A DNA stretch of 64,000 bases from an uncultured Verrucomicrobiota bacterium (GCA_903842505.1 CAIMMI010000304.1:6916-70915); one strand, 5' to 3'; positions 17,820-28,060 are shown, counted from the stretch's first letter. The notes: a model not told the origin generated them from the letters alone. Numbers and translations are program-made.

Positions 17820-18719
17820 TCAGGCGATGGAGCCGTTGTCGGATCCGTTGGGACGGAATCCCCGGAGCCACGCCTCGCGGCGCTCCTTGGCTTCCTGAAG
17901 GTACCGCTCGATGGACGAGGGGGAGGCATCGGCCAGGGCCGAGTCCAGAGCGGCCAGGTCAGCGGTCCACGCCTGGATTGCGAGGCGGATCTCGTCCCGA
18001 TTGGTCAAGGCGATGTCCCTCCACATCTCGGGTGAGCCGTTCGCGAGGCGGGTCGTATCGCGGAACCCTGTCGCACAGAGTTCGCGGACACCTTCGGGCT
18101 GGAGGGGATCGAGGGTGTAGTGGGCGAGGGAACTGGCCAGTAGATGGGGGAGGTGGCTGGCGCGGGCGGCCCACAGGTCGTGGTCCTTCGGCGAAGCGAG
18201 TTGGACACGGCCGCCGACGGCCTCCCAGAGCTGCCGGATCCGGCTCACGGCCGCGCCGGGGCTGCGGTCGGTGGGTGTCACCACGCAGCGGGCATTGACG
18301 TAAAGGTCCTCCTTGGAGGCCGCGACACCGCTCTGGTCTGAACCGGCCATCGGATGTCCACCCACGAAGCTGATTCCCCGTTTGGCGAAGAGCGGTTCCA
18401 GTTCGGAGACGATAGCCGCCTTGGTGGAACCTACGTCGGTGACGACCGCGTTGGGGGAGAGGTGTGGGAGGGTGAGTCGGGCGAGCTCTGCCATCTGGCA
18501 GACGGGCGTGCACAGCACAACCAGGTCGGCCTCCTGAACGACCTCGAGGGGATCGGTGGAGGCGACGTGGGCGGCATCCAGGGCGAGGCAGGCCTGAACC
18601 GTTTCGTGACGCCGGGCGTAGCCGGCCACGCAGGATGCGAGCCCGCGCCGGCGGAGAGCCTTCCCGAGCGACCCGCCGAGGAGACCCATGCCGAGGATGG
18701 CAACCTTGTTGAACAACAC
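17820..18719 (-). CDS. tyrA: prephenate dehydrogenase
   Basis: Rossmann motif [17 protein letters not shown] immediately after a GTG at 18719. The track ORF extends to ATG 18836 with a low-complexity extension that would overlap the divergent yyaL-like ORF. Confidence 0.8.
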   Translation of the reverse strand: MLFNKVAILGMGLLGGSLGKALRRRGLASCVAGYARRHETVQACLALDAAHVASTDPLEVVQEADLVVLCTPVCQMAELARLTLPHLSPNAVVTDVGSTKAAIVSELEPLFAKRGISFVGGHPMAGSDQSGVAASKEDLYVNARCVVTPTDRSPGAAVSRIRQLWEAVGGRVQLASPKDHDLWAARASHLPHLLASSLAHYTLDPLQPEGVRELCATGFRDTTRLANGSPEMWRDIALTNRDEIRLAIQAWTADLAALDSALADASPSSIERYLQEAKERREAWLRGFRPNGSDNGSIA

Positions 18720-18760
18720 GGAGGGCGACGTTAGGGGAGGGATGGGGTGCTGTTCCAGAG

Positions 18761-20911
18761 ATGAGTTTTCGTCGGTCCGGAACCGGAAGTGGGGCGACTT
18801 CTGCGTTGAGACGGGTTTCCGCACGGCTAGGCTCACGCGACGTGAGCTCTGCGACCCCGAATCAAAAGCAGCCCGGCAATCGCCTGGCGGCGGAAAAGTC
18901 CCCGTATCTCCTTCAGCATGCCCACAATCCCGTGGATTGGCATGCCTGGGGGGATGCGGCGTTCGCGCGGGCCAAGGCGGAGTCGAAGCCGATCTTCCTG
19001 AGCATCGGGTACTCGACCTGTCACTGGTGTCATGTGATGGAACGCGAGTCTTTTGAGGATCGGGCCACGGCGGCTTACCTGAACGAGCACTTCGTGAGCA
19101 TCAAGGTGGACCGCGAGGAGCGTCCGGACGTCGACCGGATCTACATGTCGTTCGTGCAGGCCACGACGGGCAGTGGCGGGTGGCCCCTCAACGTGTTCCT
19201 GACTTCGGATCTGAAGCCATTCTACGGCGGGACTTACTTCCCGCCCGAACCCCGGCATGGACGCCCCTCCTTCCGGCAGTTGCTGGAGCGCGTGGTCGAG
19301 CTCTGGACCCAGCGGAGGTCCGACATCGAGAGTTCGGCGAAGGACATCTCCGAGCAGCTCCGGGCCATGGCAGCGCCGGATCAAAACAACGCCTTCCCTG
19401 CCGGCGAAAGGGAGTTGCAGGGGGCAGGCCAGACCTTCCTGCATGAGTTTGACCCGGTCCACGGAGGCTTTGGGGGCGCGCCCAAGTTTCCACGCCCCAG
19501 CCAACCCTCGTTCCTCCTGCGCTATGCCCGTCGATTTTCGGACGAGGAGGCCCGGAAGGCGGTCATCCGGACGTGTCAGAAGATGGCGGCGGGTGGAATC
19601 CGGGATCAACTGGGCGACGGGTTCTCCCGGTACTCCGTCGATGAGCGGTGGTTGGTGCCACACTTCGAGAAGATGCTCTACGACAACGCCCAGTTGCTTC
19701 AGTTGTATCTGGACGTGCACGTGCTGACGGGGGAAGTCGCGCCAGCGGAAGTGGCCCGGGGAATCGTGCAGTATGTCCTGCGGGACATGACGGGTGCGGA
19801 AGGGGGATTCTTCTCTGCCGAAGATGCCGACAGCGAGGGACAGGAGGGTCGGTTCTACTGCTGGACCCTCGAGGAGTTGCGCGCGCTCCTCGACGCAAAG
19901 GAGTTGGCTTTGGTGATTCGACATTACGGGGTCACCGCGGCGGGTAACTTCGTGGATCACAGTCATCCCAAGCCCACTCCCGGGCTGAATGTGCTCGCCG
20001 TCGTAGACCCTGCACTCGCGTCGGAAGAACCCTCGTTGCTGGCGTCGGCCCGGGCGAAGTTGCTGGAAGCGAGGTCCAGGCGGGTTCGACCGCACCGGGA
20101 CGACAAGGTGCTGGTGTCCTGGAACGGGATGATGCTGGGCGCCATGGCGCGGGCTGGAGTCATCCTGGACGAGTCCGAGTTCATCGAGGCGGCGGGAAGG
20201 AATGCGGACTTCATCGAACATCGGATGTGGGAGTCGGCTACGGGGAAGCTCTTCTACCGGTGGCGCGATGGGGAGCGGACCGATGTGCAGTTGCTGGATG
20301 CCTACGCGAATCTGCTGGGTGGGTTGATCGACCTTTATGAGGCGACCCTGGATCCCCGGAGGTTGGCTTTTGCCGTGCGGGTGGCGGAAGCGATGATCCA
20401 GCGCTTTCACGACCCGGTCGGAGGCGGGTTCTGGCAGGCGACGGCGGATGCGCCGCACCTGATCCTGCGGGTGAAGGATGATTACGATGGCGCCGAGCCG
20501 AGCGCGAACAGCATTGCCGCGTTGGCTTTGCTGCGATTGTCGGCGATCTGCGACCGGCGGGACTGGCGCGCTGCGGCTGAAGGAACCATCCGGCTTTTTG
20601 CGCAGCGCTTGCACCAGTCGCCCCAGGCGGTGCCGCACATGCTTGGTGCCCTGGATTTCCTTCAGCAGGAGCCCAAGCGGGTCGTGCTTGTGGGCGATTG
20701 GACGTGCGGCAGCACGGCTTCGCTCCTGCGCACGGTGCATGGCGTCTACGAGCCGAATCGGGTCGTCCTGGGCAACCACGGCCCGGTGGACGCGTTCGCC
20801 CGGTCGTTGCCGGTGAATGAGGAGTTCACCCGGGCGTTTTGCTGCACGGGAACGGAATGCCAGTCGCCGACACGGGACCGCAAGGCGGTGCGGGCCTTCC
20901 TGGAGCGTTAA
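18761..20911 (+). CDS. thioredoxin-domain protein, YyaL/DUF255 family (thioredoxin-like N-term plus alpha/alpha-toroid)
   Basis: [55 protein letters not shown] is the signature N-terminus of this family. The start may be GTG 18842 rather than ATG 18761. Confidence 0.85.
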   Translation: MSFRRSGTGSGATSALRRVSARLGSRDVSSATPNQKQPGNRLAAEKSPYLLQHAHNPVDWHAWGDAAFARAKAESKPIFLSIGYSTCHWCHVMERESFEDRATAAYLNEHFVSIKVDREERPDVDRIYMSFVQATTGSGGWPLNVFLTSDLKPFYGGTYFPPEPRHGRPSFRQLLERVVELWTQRRSDIESSAKDISEQLRAMAAPDQNNAFPAGERELQGAGQTFLHEFDPVHGGFGGAPKFPRPSQPSFLLRYARRFSDEEARKAVIRTCQKMAAGGIRDQLGDGFSRYSVDERWLVPHFEKMLYDNAQLLQLYLDVHVLTGEVAPAEVARGIVQYVLRDMTGAEGGFFSAEDADSEGQEGRFYCWTLEELRALLDAKELALVIRHYGVTAAGNFVDHSHPKPTPGLNVLAVVDPALASEEPSLLASARAKLLEARSRRVRPHRDDKVLVSWNGMMLGAMARAGVILDESEFIEAAGRNADFIEHRMWESATGKLFYRWRDGERTDVQLLDAYANLLGGLIDLYEATLDPRRLAFAVRVAEAMIQRFHDPVGGGFWQATADAPHLILRVKDDYDGAEPSANSIAALALLRLSAICDRRDWRAAAEGTIRLFAQRLHQSPQAVPHMLGALDFLQQEPKRVVLVGDWTCGSTASLLRTVHGVYEPNRVVLGNHGPVDAFARSLPVNEEFTRAFCCTGTECQSPTRDRKAVRAFLER

Positions 20912-20989
20912 GCCTTTCCGTTTGCCAGATGAGGTTTGCCCCGGTACTGGAGATGGCCGTTCACAAGTTCGACTCATCACGAAAGAATT

Positions 20990-22021
20990 ATGCCTAACGC
21001 CTACCACGCTTCCATCGAGGGTGCGCAGCATGGAGCGAAGTCTCTGGAGCAGTTTCTGGATTACGCCAAAGCTTCGGGAGCCTCCGGTGCCCAACCCAGC
21101 AACTACATGCTCGGCGACGGCAAGGGTGGCTTCAAGAAGGTGAAGGAGATCAAGGCTGCCTTCGCGTCCCGCGGGATGAGTCTGGACGGCATTTCTTCCC
21201 ACTGCCCTTTCTGGGTGCACACGTCGGCCTGGACGGGGACCAAGTCCGGCAACCCGTTCATCGCACCGGATCTGGCCTCGCAGTCTCCGGAAAAGATCGA
21301 GAAGTGGCACGAGACGTATCTCCTGAAACTGATGGATCTGGCCGCGGAACTCGGGGTCAAGACCCTGCCGATGTTCTGGGGTGTTGCGTTCGGGTGGGAG
21401 TTGGCCTCCGGGTACCCGTGGGGTTTCTGGTCCGGGGGCGGGTTTGACCTGCTCAAGGAAGGGCAGGAGCGGTTCGTCAAGAAGACCGCCAAGCTGCGCA
21501 AGAAGGCCAACGAACTGGGGATCAAGCTTTGCCATGAGATCCACCCGGGAACGGGGGCGATGTGCGCCGACGATTTCCTGATGCTGGTGAACATCTGCGA
21601 CAACGACCCTTGCCTGGCGGTCAACGCGGATCCCTCCCACTGCTGGGAAGGCGAGAGCTGGGAGACCCGGTTCCTCAAGGTGGGTAAGTACATCCACGCG
21701 GCCCACGTGAAGAACTTCACGATCCGGCCCGGGTTCCCGCTGCGGGCGATGGAACCGAACTGGCCGAAGCGCGCGATGCAGTTCACCGATCTGCCCTCGG
21801 GTGACCTGAACATGCAGCGCTACGTCGAACTCCTGTTGCACGTCGGCTACCGGGACCGCTACTGCAAGCTCAACGGCACCGCGACGGCGCCGCTGGTGGT
21901 GGAGGCTGAATCCGCCCATCGCGATCTGGATTTCACGAGCGCGAATGGCATCGCCTACGTCCGGGATCACTGCTGCTGGCCGGCGGCGGCTGGAAGCTTC
22001 GAGGACGGCATGGGGGCCTGA
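20990..22021 (+). CDS. sugar phosphate isomerase/epimerase (xylose isomerase-like TIM barrel)
   Basis: Length and sequence pattern (HCPFWV, CHEIHPGT, NADPSH metal-ligand-like positions) resemble AP-endonuclease-2/xylose-isomerase-like TIM barrels. Start taken at MPNAYHAS. Confidence 0.6.
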   Translation: MPNAYHASIEGAQHGAKSLEQFLDYAKASGASGAQPSNYMLGDGKGGFKKVKEIKAAFASRGMSLDGISSHCPFWVHTSAWTGTKSGNPFIAPDLASQSPEKIEKWHETYLLKLMDLAAELGVKTLPMFWGVAFGWELASGYPWGFWSGGGFDLLKEGQERFVKKTAKLRKKANELGIKLCHEIHPGTGAMCADDFLMLVNICDNDPCLAVNADPSHCWEGESWETRFLKVGKYIHAAHVKNFTIRPGFPLRAMEPNWPKRAMQFTDLPSGDLNMQRYVELLLHVGYRDRYCKLNGTATAPLVVEAESAHRDLDFTSANGIAYVRDHCCWPAAAGSFEDGMGA

Positions 22022-22046
22022 AGGCCTTCGTCTTCCGGTTTTCGAT

Positions 22047-22084
22047 CGGGGCTCCGCAGACAGCGGGGCCCTTTTTGTTTTCTG
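22047..22084 (+). terminator. rho-independent terminator candidate
   Basis: GC-rich imperfect hairpin GGGGCTCCGC-AGACA-GCGGGGCCC followed by TTTTTGTTTTCT, 26 nt after the stop at 22021. Confidence 0.55.
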
Positions 22085-22153
22085 GGTTGTGGTGGGCCGC
22101 CTCAATCCGAGCGGGACAGTTGGCACGGGACGTGCCATGGAATCCGTATTCGC

Positions 22154-25100
22154 ATGAAGCTCGTCTGGAGATCGATCATCGGGTTTGGAGCTGTGGCGAC
22201 GATGTTGTTGCTTGCCCGGCGCGGTATTCAGCCGCCCGCAGGCCTGCTGCAGGCTGAAACGGTTCAGGCATGGACCCAGGCCGGGCCTGCTGCGGAACCA
22301 GAGTCTGGACCGAACCCAAGCCATTCCGTGCCTTTTGCAGCGGTGCCACGCGACCCGACGGCGCGGGGTGATGCTCCGATCGAGGCCCGGATCCTTCCGG
22401 CTGCCGATGTCCTCTGGAAGAAGCGGGCGGTTGAGCCTGAGTTCGCGGCTTTCCAGGATTGGGTCCTCCGATTTGAGGCCTCCGATGAGGGGAAGCGGGC
22501 GGAGTTGGCGGGTGAGGGTTTGCGTTTGGCCCGGGTTCGGCGGGAAGAGATGAAGGGGTTGATCCAAAGCGACCCGAGACGAGCGCTGGAATTGAGTGTG
22601 CCATCGACTGTTCGGGAGCGTTTGCCCGAGGAGGTTCGGGTCGAGTTGGAATCGCGGGTTGAGGGCGTGGGTGACTTTGAGGTTCTGGCAGCCATCGGTC
22701 TTGGGCAGGAACTCCAGTCGGGCTCTTCGATCCGCCGCAATGCGGTGCTCGGTGGGCAGCGCTATCCGGTGAGCACGTATGGATCCCGACAGATGCAACC
22801 CACCCAGTTTGGGGTGCCCCTGCACGGGATCGCCCTGGAAGGACAGATGGCCCTGGCCGAAAGTCCGATCCGTCGACTGGAGAAATCGGAGATCGCGGTG
22901 GCGGTGCGGGAGACGCCGGATCCGGTATGCAGCGTGAACGGGATTCAGCTTGCGGCGGTTGCTGGAGACGACACGGGGATCGGCAGGGCGGGGGACGAGC
23001 GGATCTTTACCTGCGGCACGGCCCATCTGGAGGAAATGGCAGAGCGGATGGTCCAGTTGGCCTCGGAGTCCGAGTCGACGGACGCCAATGGTGCACCGCG
23101 GTCGAAGCGTGCCTACACGGAAGGGACCAAGCGCGTGATCTTCATCCGGGTCGACTTTTCCGATCTGGTGGGTGAGCCGTTTTCGAACATCACGGGGACG
23201 AACCTGATGACCAATCTCGACGCCTTTTTCCGTCAGCAGTCCTACCACCGGACCGGATTCGCTCCATTTGCCACGAACGGTTCAGCGATGACACCGACGA
23301 TCCGGATGCCCAACACCGCGGCGTACTACGGGGCGCGGGATGCGGCGGAATTGCGGACGGCGGCGCGGACGGCGGCCACGGCGGCAGGTTATAATCTGAC
23401 GAGTTATTCCTTCGATGCCATCTGCTTTGGCTCGGTGCCGGGGTTTGCCTGGGCTGGGCTGGCCTATGTGGGGGCACCGGGATGCTGGATCCGGGCTTCG
23501 TTCGATACGGCCGGCGGAGTGATCGCGCATGAGCTCGGTCATAACTACGGGCTCTTTCACGCGAATTTCTGGGATACCGGCGGCGAGTCGATCATCGGCA
23601 GCGGCAGCAACATCGAGTACGGCGACAGCTTTGACACGATGGGCAATGCCTCGGCCGGGCGGCGTCACTTCAATACGCGTTACAAGAACTACCTCGACTG
23701 GCTGCCGAATACTTATGTCCGAAACGTTCTGACCAATGGGACCTATCGGCTCTCGGCCATGGATAGCACCAATGACGTGACGTCGGTCCGGGCCCTGACG
23801 GTCCGGCGCAATTCCCGGACCAACTACTGGCTGGAAGTCCGGCAATTGTGGACGGCGAACACCTGGGTCCAGAACGGCGTGGGCATCCGCTGGGGGCAGA
23901 CGGGAAACACCACCTCGCTGCTGCTCGATACGACGCCCGGTTCCGCAGATGGAAAGAACGACTCCCCCTTGGTGCTCGGACGAACCTTCAGCGACCGGGC
24001 GGCAGGAGTGCACCTGACGACATTGGCCAAGGGTGGGACGGATCCGGTGTGGTTCGACGTCGCCGTCCGGTTCGGGAATCCGACGAACAATCAGCCTCCG
24101 AGTGTGGCGGTGTCTGGATCGGCGGCTACAGCGGCCCTCAATGCCACCGTGCGTTTCACGGCCACGGCGTCGGACTCCGATGACAGCCAGCTCGCCTATG
24201 CGTGGGATTTTGGCGACGGATCTTTTGGGACCAATGGCCCCGCGGCCTCCAAGGCCTATGCAACCGCCGGAGAATATGTGGTTCGGTGCGTGGTCTCGGA
24301 CCTGCGGGGCGGGATCGGGTCGGATTCCTACCTCGTGCGCGTCGGCAGTCCGACCACCGTTCGGCTGAGTGGAAAGGTGACGCGGGATGGTCAGCCGGTG
24401 GAGGGCGTTCGCATCTATACAGCGAACACCAAGCAGACCTACACGGACAGTGACGGAACCTACATCCTCGCCGGGTTGGCCCGGGGCAGTTACACGGTCC
24501 GGGCATTGGCTGAGGATCTCCTGTTTACCCGGCAGGGATTCACCAACCCGATCAACCTTCAGGCGAATCGTGCGGAGGTGAATTTTGAAGCGTCGGCGCC
24601 CGGCGACCTGATGAGCCTCACGCTGGTGCCGCTGGGCGCGGAGTGGCGGTTCTACGACAAGGGGACGCTGCCGTTGGGCGGTTGGACTTCGACGGCGTTC
24701 AACGATTCGGGCTGGAGCCAGGGGGCGGCCCAGTTGGGCTATGGCGACGACGACGTGGTGACGACAGTCAGCTTTGGTCCGAATTCCGCGGCGAAGTACA
24801 TCACGACCTGGTTCCGTCATGCGTTCACGGTAGAAGATCCGAAGGCGTTCCTGTCGGCGACGCTGGGCCTGATCCGGGACGATGGGGCTGTGGTCTACCT
24901 GAATGGTCGCGAGGTCTTCCGGAGCAATATGCCCACGGGGACGATCGGCGCTTCCACCCTGGCCTCGGCCACGGTGGGTGGCACGGATGAATCGACGATC
25001 TTCGAGACGGACCTGGATCCGACGCTCTTCGTCACGGGACGCAATGTCCTCGCGGTGGAGGTGCATCAAAGCGATGCCGCCAGCAGTGACTTGAGTTTCC

Positions 25101-25342
25101 AGCTGCAATTGACCGGTCTGCTGCAGCCCGTGCGGGATCCATCGATCCTCACGTCGATCGATGCGGGCCAACTGAAGCTCTCGTGGCCCTTGGCCGCCGT
25201 GGGCTTCGCTCCGGTCCAGGCCCCGGGTGCATTGGGGCCATGGACCGACGTCGACGAGCCGGTGCGGGCCGCCGGAGGCCAGAACGTGCTCGTCGTTCCG
25301 CTGACCGCCGAGTCCCGCTTCTACCGATTGGAACGTCGGTAA
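22154..25342 (+). CDS. secreted multidomain metzincin-type zinc metalloprotease (PKD, carboxypeptidase-regulatory-like, lectin-like and FYRL-tail modules)
   Basis: N-terminal hydrophobic anchor or signal. Extended zinc motif HELGHNYGLFH at 23528-23560 (HExxHxxGxxH). PKD-like YAWDFGDGS...VVRCVVSDLRGG. SGKVTRDGQPVEGVRIY...DSDGTYILAGLARGSYTV is typical of the CarboxypepD_reg fold. Confidence 0.75.
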   Translation: MKLVWRSIIGFGAVATMLLLARRGIQPPAGLLQAETVQAWTQAGPAAEPESGPNPSHSVPFAAVPRDPTARGDAPIEARILPAADVLWKKRAVEPEFAAFQDWVLRFEASDEGKRAELAGEGLRLARVRREEMKGLIQSDPRRALELSVPSTVRERLPEEVRVELESRVEGVGDFEVLAAIGLGQELQSGSSIRRNAVLGGQRYPVSTYGSRQMQPTQFGVPLHGIALEGQMALAESPIRRLEKSEIAVAVRETPDPVCSVNGIQLAAVAGDDTGIGRAGDERIFTCGTAHLEEMAERMVQLASESESTDANGAPRSKRAYTEGTKRVIFIRVDFSDLVGEPFSNITGTNLMTNLDAFFRQQSYHRTGFAPFATNGSAMTPTIRMPNTAAYYGARDAAELRTAARTAATAAGYNLTSYSFDAICFGSVPGFAWAGLAYVGAPGCWIRASFDTAGGVIAHELGHNYGLFHANFWDTGGESIIGSGSNIEYGDSFDTMGNASAGRRHFNTRYKNYLDWLPNTYVRNVLTNGTYRLSAMDSTNDVTSVRALTVRRNSRTNYWLEVRQLWTANTWVQNGVGIRWGQTGNTTSLLLDTTPGSADGKNDSPLVLGRTFSDRAAGVHLTTLAKGGTDPVWFDVAVRFGNPTNNQPPSVAVSGSAATAALNATVRFTATASDSDDSQLAYAWDFGDGSFGTNGPAASKAYATAGEYVVRCVVSDLRGGIGSDSYLVRVGSPTTVRLSGKVTRDGQPVEGVRIYTANTKQTYTDSDGTYILAGLARGSYTVRALAEDLLFTRQGFTNPINLQANRAEVNFEASAPGDLMSLTLVPLGAEWRFYDKGTLPLGGWTSTAFNDSGWSQGAAQLGYGDDDVVTTVSFGPNSAAKYITTWFRHAFTVEDPKAFLSATLGLIRDDGAVVYLNGREVFRSNMPTGTIGASTLASATVGGTDESTIFETDLDPTLFVTGRNVLAVEVHQSDAASSDLSFQLQLTGLLQPVRDPSILTSIDAGQLKLSWPLAAVGFAPVQAPGALGPWTDVDEPVRAAGGQNVLVVPLTAESRFYRLERR

Positions 25343-25350
25343 CCGGCGCG

Positions 25351-27915
25351 TCAGGATTTCAGGATGCGTTCGCGTCGGGGGTCGTACGGGGTCCGGAGGT
25401 GCGGTGTGGCCGGGATGCGTCGACCGTCGACGAGGAGTTCGTAGCGGCCTTCCAGAATCCACTCCGGGGTGACGAAGGACCCGGCATTCTTGACGTAGCC
25501 GAGCGCCACGCCGCCGCCGAGGGTGTGGCCGTAGCTGCCGCTGGTGGTATAGCCGACGCCGACTCCGTTGCGGAAGATGACCTCGCCGCCCCAGACCGGA
25601 GGCTCAGGGTCTTGCAGGACGAATTGGGTCAGGAGCTTTCGCAGTGGGCGCTCCCGGGCGGCGGTCAGGGCCGCCTTGCCGAGGAACTCCTTGTCCCAGG
25701 CGATGGTGAATCCGAGACCCGCTTCGAATGGCGTTTCGTCGGGCGAGAGTTCCGCCCCGAAGGCGCGGTAGGCCTTTTCCAACCGGAGCGAGTTGATCGC
25801 GTAATGTCCGGCGTCCCAGACACCAAGGTCTTCGCCGGCGATCTCGAGCAGTTCGTAGACGTGGGTGGCCTGTTCGGTGGGCACGTGGAGTTCCCAGCCG
25901 AGTTCCCCGACGTAGGTCAGTCGGACGGCGCGCACGGTCGCCATCCCGATGTTGATCCGCTGCGAGGTGCCGAAGGGGAAGCTGGCGTTGTCCAAGGCTG
26001 CGTCGGTGACGCGGCTCAGAAGCTGTCGGGAATTCGGGCCCATGACTCCGATCACCGACCAGGCCGTCGTGATGTCGACGGCTTCGGCGCGATACCCGCT
26101 CAGGTGTTGACGGAGCCAGGCAAGGTCCCGGGTGGCCTGGACGGAACCGGTGATGAGATGGAACTCCTCTTCACCAACCCGGATCACCGTCAGGTCGCTT
26201 TCGTAGCCGCCCCGCTCGTTGAGCATCGGCGTGTAGACGACGCGCCCGGTGGGCACGTCGACCTGATTGGCGCACAGGTACTGGAGTCGCGAGGCTGCGT
26301 CCGTTCCGCGGACCAGGATTTTACCGAAGCCCGTCTGGTCGAAGAGCGCGACCTGTTCGCGGCACGCGGTGTGTTCGGAGGCGTGATTGGCGAACCAGTT
26401 CTGCCTCCCGAAGCTGTACTCAACCTCGGGATCGATGGCGAAACCCTTACCATACGCCACAAACCAGTTCGGACGTTCCCATCCGCCCTTCGTCCCGAAT
26501 GAGGCACCTGCGGCCTTGAGCCGATCGTGAAGCGGGCTGAGCCGGACATTCCGGGCGGTGATGGGTTCGCGGTTGGGCCAGGCCATTTCGTAGTGCAGAC
26601 CGAGGGATTCGGTGACGCGGTCGCGGAGGTATCCGCGATCATTGGCCCACGGCCCGAAGCGCCGGATATCGACGCCGGAGAGGTCGTACGGCATGGCTCC
26701 GCCGGTAATCCATTCGGCCAAAGCCTTTCCAGCGCCACCGGCGCAGGCGATGCCAGCGGAGTTGAAGCCCGCGGCGACGAAAAGGCCGCGGAGTTCCGCG
26801 GTTTCGCCGAGGAGGAAGTTGTTGTCGGGAGTGAAGCTCTCGGGGCCGTTGACGAACCGGCTGAAACCGGACGCCTTCAGACCTGGGATCCGGTGCAATC
26901 CCTCGGCGAGGGGTTGTGCGAACTTGGGCCAGTCCTCCTCGAGCAGACCGAAGGAGAAGTCATCGGGGACCTTGGGTACGTCCCAGATCTTGGTGGTGCG
27001 CTGGAAGGCCCCGAGCAGCACTCCGCCGCCTCCTCCGTTCGGAAGGTCCTCACCACGGAAGTACGTGGATCCGTCCATGTCGCGCGTGCAGGGACTGTTG
27101 CCGTCGGCTCCGGGGAGGGCATTGCTGACGACGTAGTGGTGCTCGACCGGGTAGAGGGGAATGTTGACCCCGGCGGTGAGGGCGAGTTGTCGGGACCACA
27201 TGCCGCCGGTCAGGACGACGTAGTCGGCGAGGATGTCGCCCACGTTGGTCTGGGCTCCAAGCACACGGCCGCCGCGGTGGATCAGGCCCAGGACGCGCAC
27301 GCCTTCGCGGATGGTGGCGCCGGCCGCCTTCGCACCCTTGGCGAGCGCCAGGGGCACCTCGCCGGGGAGGACCCGGCCGTCGTGCGGAATCCAGAAGGCG
27401 CCGGCGAGATCGTCGACGCGGATGCACGGGAATTTCTCCTGCGCTTCCGCGGGCGGGATTTCATGGCATTCCACGCCGAGGTAGGAGGCGACCCCGGTGG
27501 TCCGGCGGAACTGGACGACCCGTTCCTGGTTCCGGGCAAGGAGGAGGCTGCCGACCATCCGCCAGCCGACGTCGTGTCCGGTGAGTTCCTTGAGGCGGGC
27601 GTACAGGTCTGCCGAATCCTGGTTGATCCGCATCATGCTGCTCGAGACACGGAGGCGCCCGACCATGCCGGCTGCGTGCCAGGACGTGCCACCGGCGAGC
27701 TTGTTCTGCTCCAGCAGGACGACGTCCTTCCATCCAAATTGGGTCAGATGCCACGCGACCGAGGTGCCGGCGACGCCGCCACCGATGATCAGGACGCGTG
27801 TGTGGGAAGGAATGGAGTCGCTCACAGACACGAGTTTGGACCTTCGTAGCGAAAAGGGCATCCCCGAGGGCGGGGAGTGGCCAGAGGCCGGCAACGATGC
27901 GGCGCGTCCCGACAC
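25351..27915 (-). CDS. FAD-dependent oxidoreductase fused to aminomethyltransferase (GcvT) folate-binding domain (dimethylglycine/sarcosine dehydrogenase-like)
   Basis: N-terminal dinucleotide fold VLIIGGGVAGTSVAWHL, DAO-like first half and GcvT-like second half (about 830-850 aa). An alternative start lies at ATG 27861. Confidence 0.8.
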   Translation of the reverse strand: MSGRAASLPASGHSPPSGMPFSLRRSKLVSVSDSIPSHTRVLIIGGGVAGTSVAWHLTQFGWKDVVLLEQNKLAGGTSWHAAGMVGRLRVSSSMMRINQDSADLYARLKELTGHDVGWRMVGSLLLARNQERVVQFRRTTGVASYLGVECHEIPPAEAQEKFPCIRVDDLAGAFWIPHDGRVLPGEVPLALAKGAKAAGATIREGVRVLGLIHRGGRVLGAQTNVGDILADYVVLTGGMWSRQLALTAGVNIPLYPVEHHYVVSNALPGADGNSPCTRDMDGSTYFRGEDLPNGGGGGVLLGAFQRTTKIWDVPKVPDDFSFGLLEEDWPKFAQPLAEGLHRIPGLKASGFSRFVNGPESFTPDNNFLLGETAELRGLFVAAGFNSAGIACAGGAGKALAEWITGGAMPYDLSGVDIRRFGPWANDRGYLRDRVTESLGLHYEMAWPNREPITARNVRLSPLHDRLKAAGASFGTKGGWERPNWFVAYGKGFAIDPEVEYSFGRQNWFANHASEHTACREQVALFDQTGFGKILVRGTDAASRLQYLCANQVDVPTGRVVYTPMLNERGGYESDLTVIRVGEEEFHLITGSVQATRDLAWLRQHLSGYRAEAVDITTAWSVIGVMGPNSRQLLSRVTDAALDNASFPFGTSQRINIGMATVRAVRLTYVGELGWELHVPTEQATHVYELLEIAGEDLGVWDAGHYAINSLRLEKAYRAFGAELSPDETPFEAGLGFTIAWDKEFLGKAALTAARERPLRKLLTQFVLQDPEPPVWGGEVIFRNGVGVGYTTSGSYGHTLGGGVALGYVKNAGSFVTPEWILEGRYELLVDGRRIPATPHLRTPYDPRRERILKS

Positions 27916-27928
27916 TGCCCCCGAATCC

Positions 27929-28060
27929 GGTGGGGCGAGCCTCTCCCTCGAGCCGCCCCGGAGTTTGAAGTTTTCAGTTTCAGGTTTGAAGCGGCCGCCG
28001 GGCTCGAATCTTCAAACTTGGGACTCCCGATCGGCTCGTGCGGACACTCGCCCACCCCTC
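27929..28060 (-). repeat. copy A of a roughly 130-bp structured intergenic repeat
   Basis: The reverse complement aligns with 32951-33081 along its whole length, at roughly 85-90 percent identity by eye. The core is TTCAAAC(C/T)TGAAACTGAAAACTTCAAACTCCGGGGCGGCTCGA. Confidence 0.75.

Noticed and set aside
18833-23248. 1,471-aa minus-strand ORF, the longest in the track
   Set aside because: It spans the antisense of three independently recognisable plus-strand genes (YyaL-like, TIM-barrel isomerase, metzincin) and their intergenic terminator. Its composition is dominated by Arg, Pro, Gly and Leu.
23282-25462. 726-aa minus-strand ORF
   Set aside because: It is antisense to the metzincin gene, which carries HELGHNYGLFH, PKD and other motifs. 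It has no recognisable domains.
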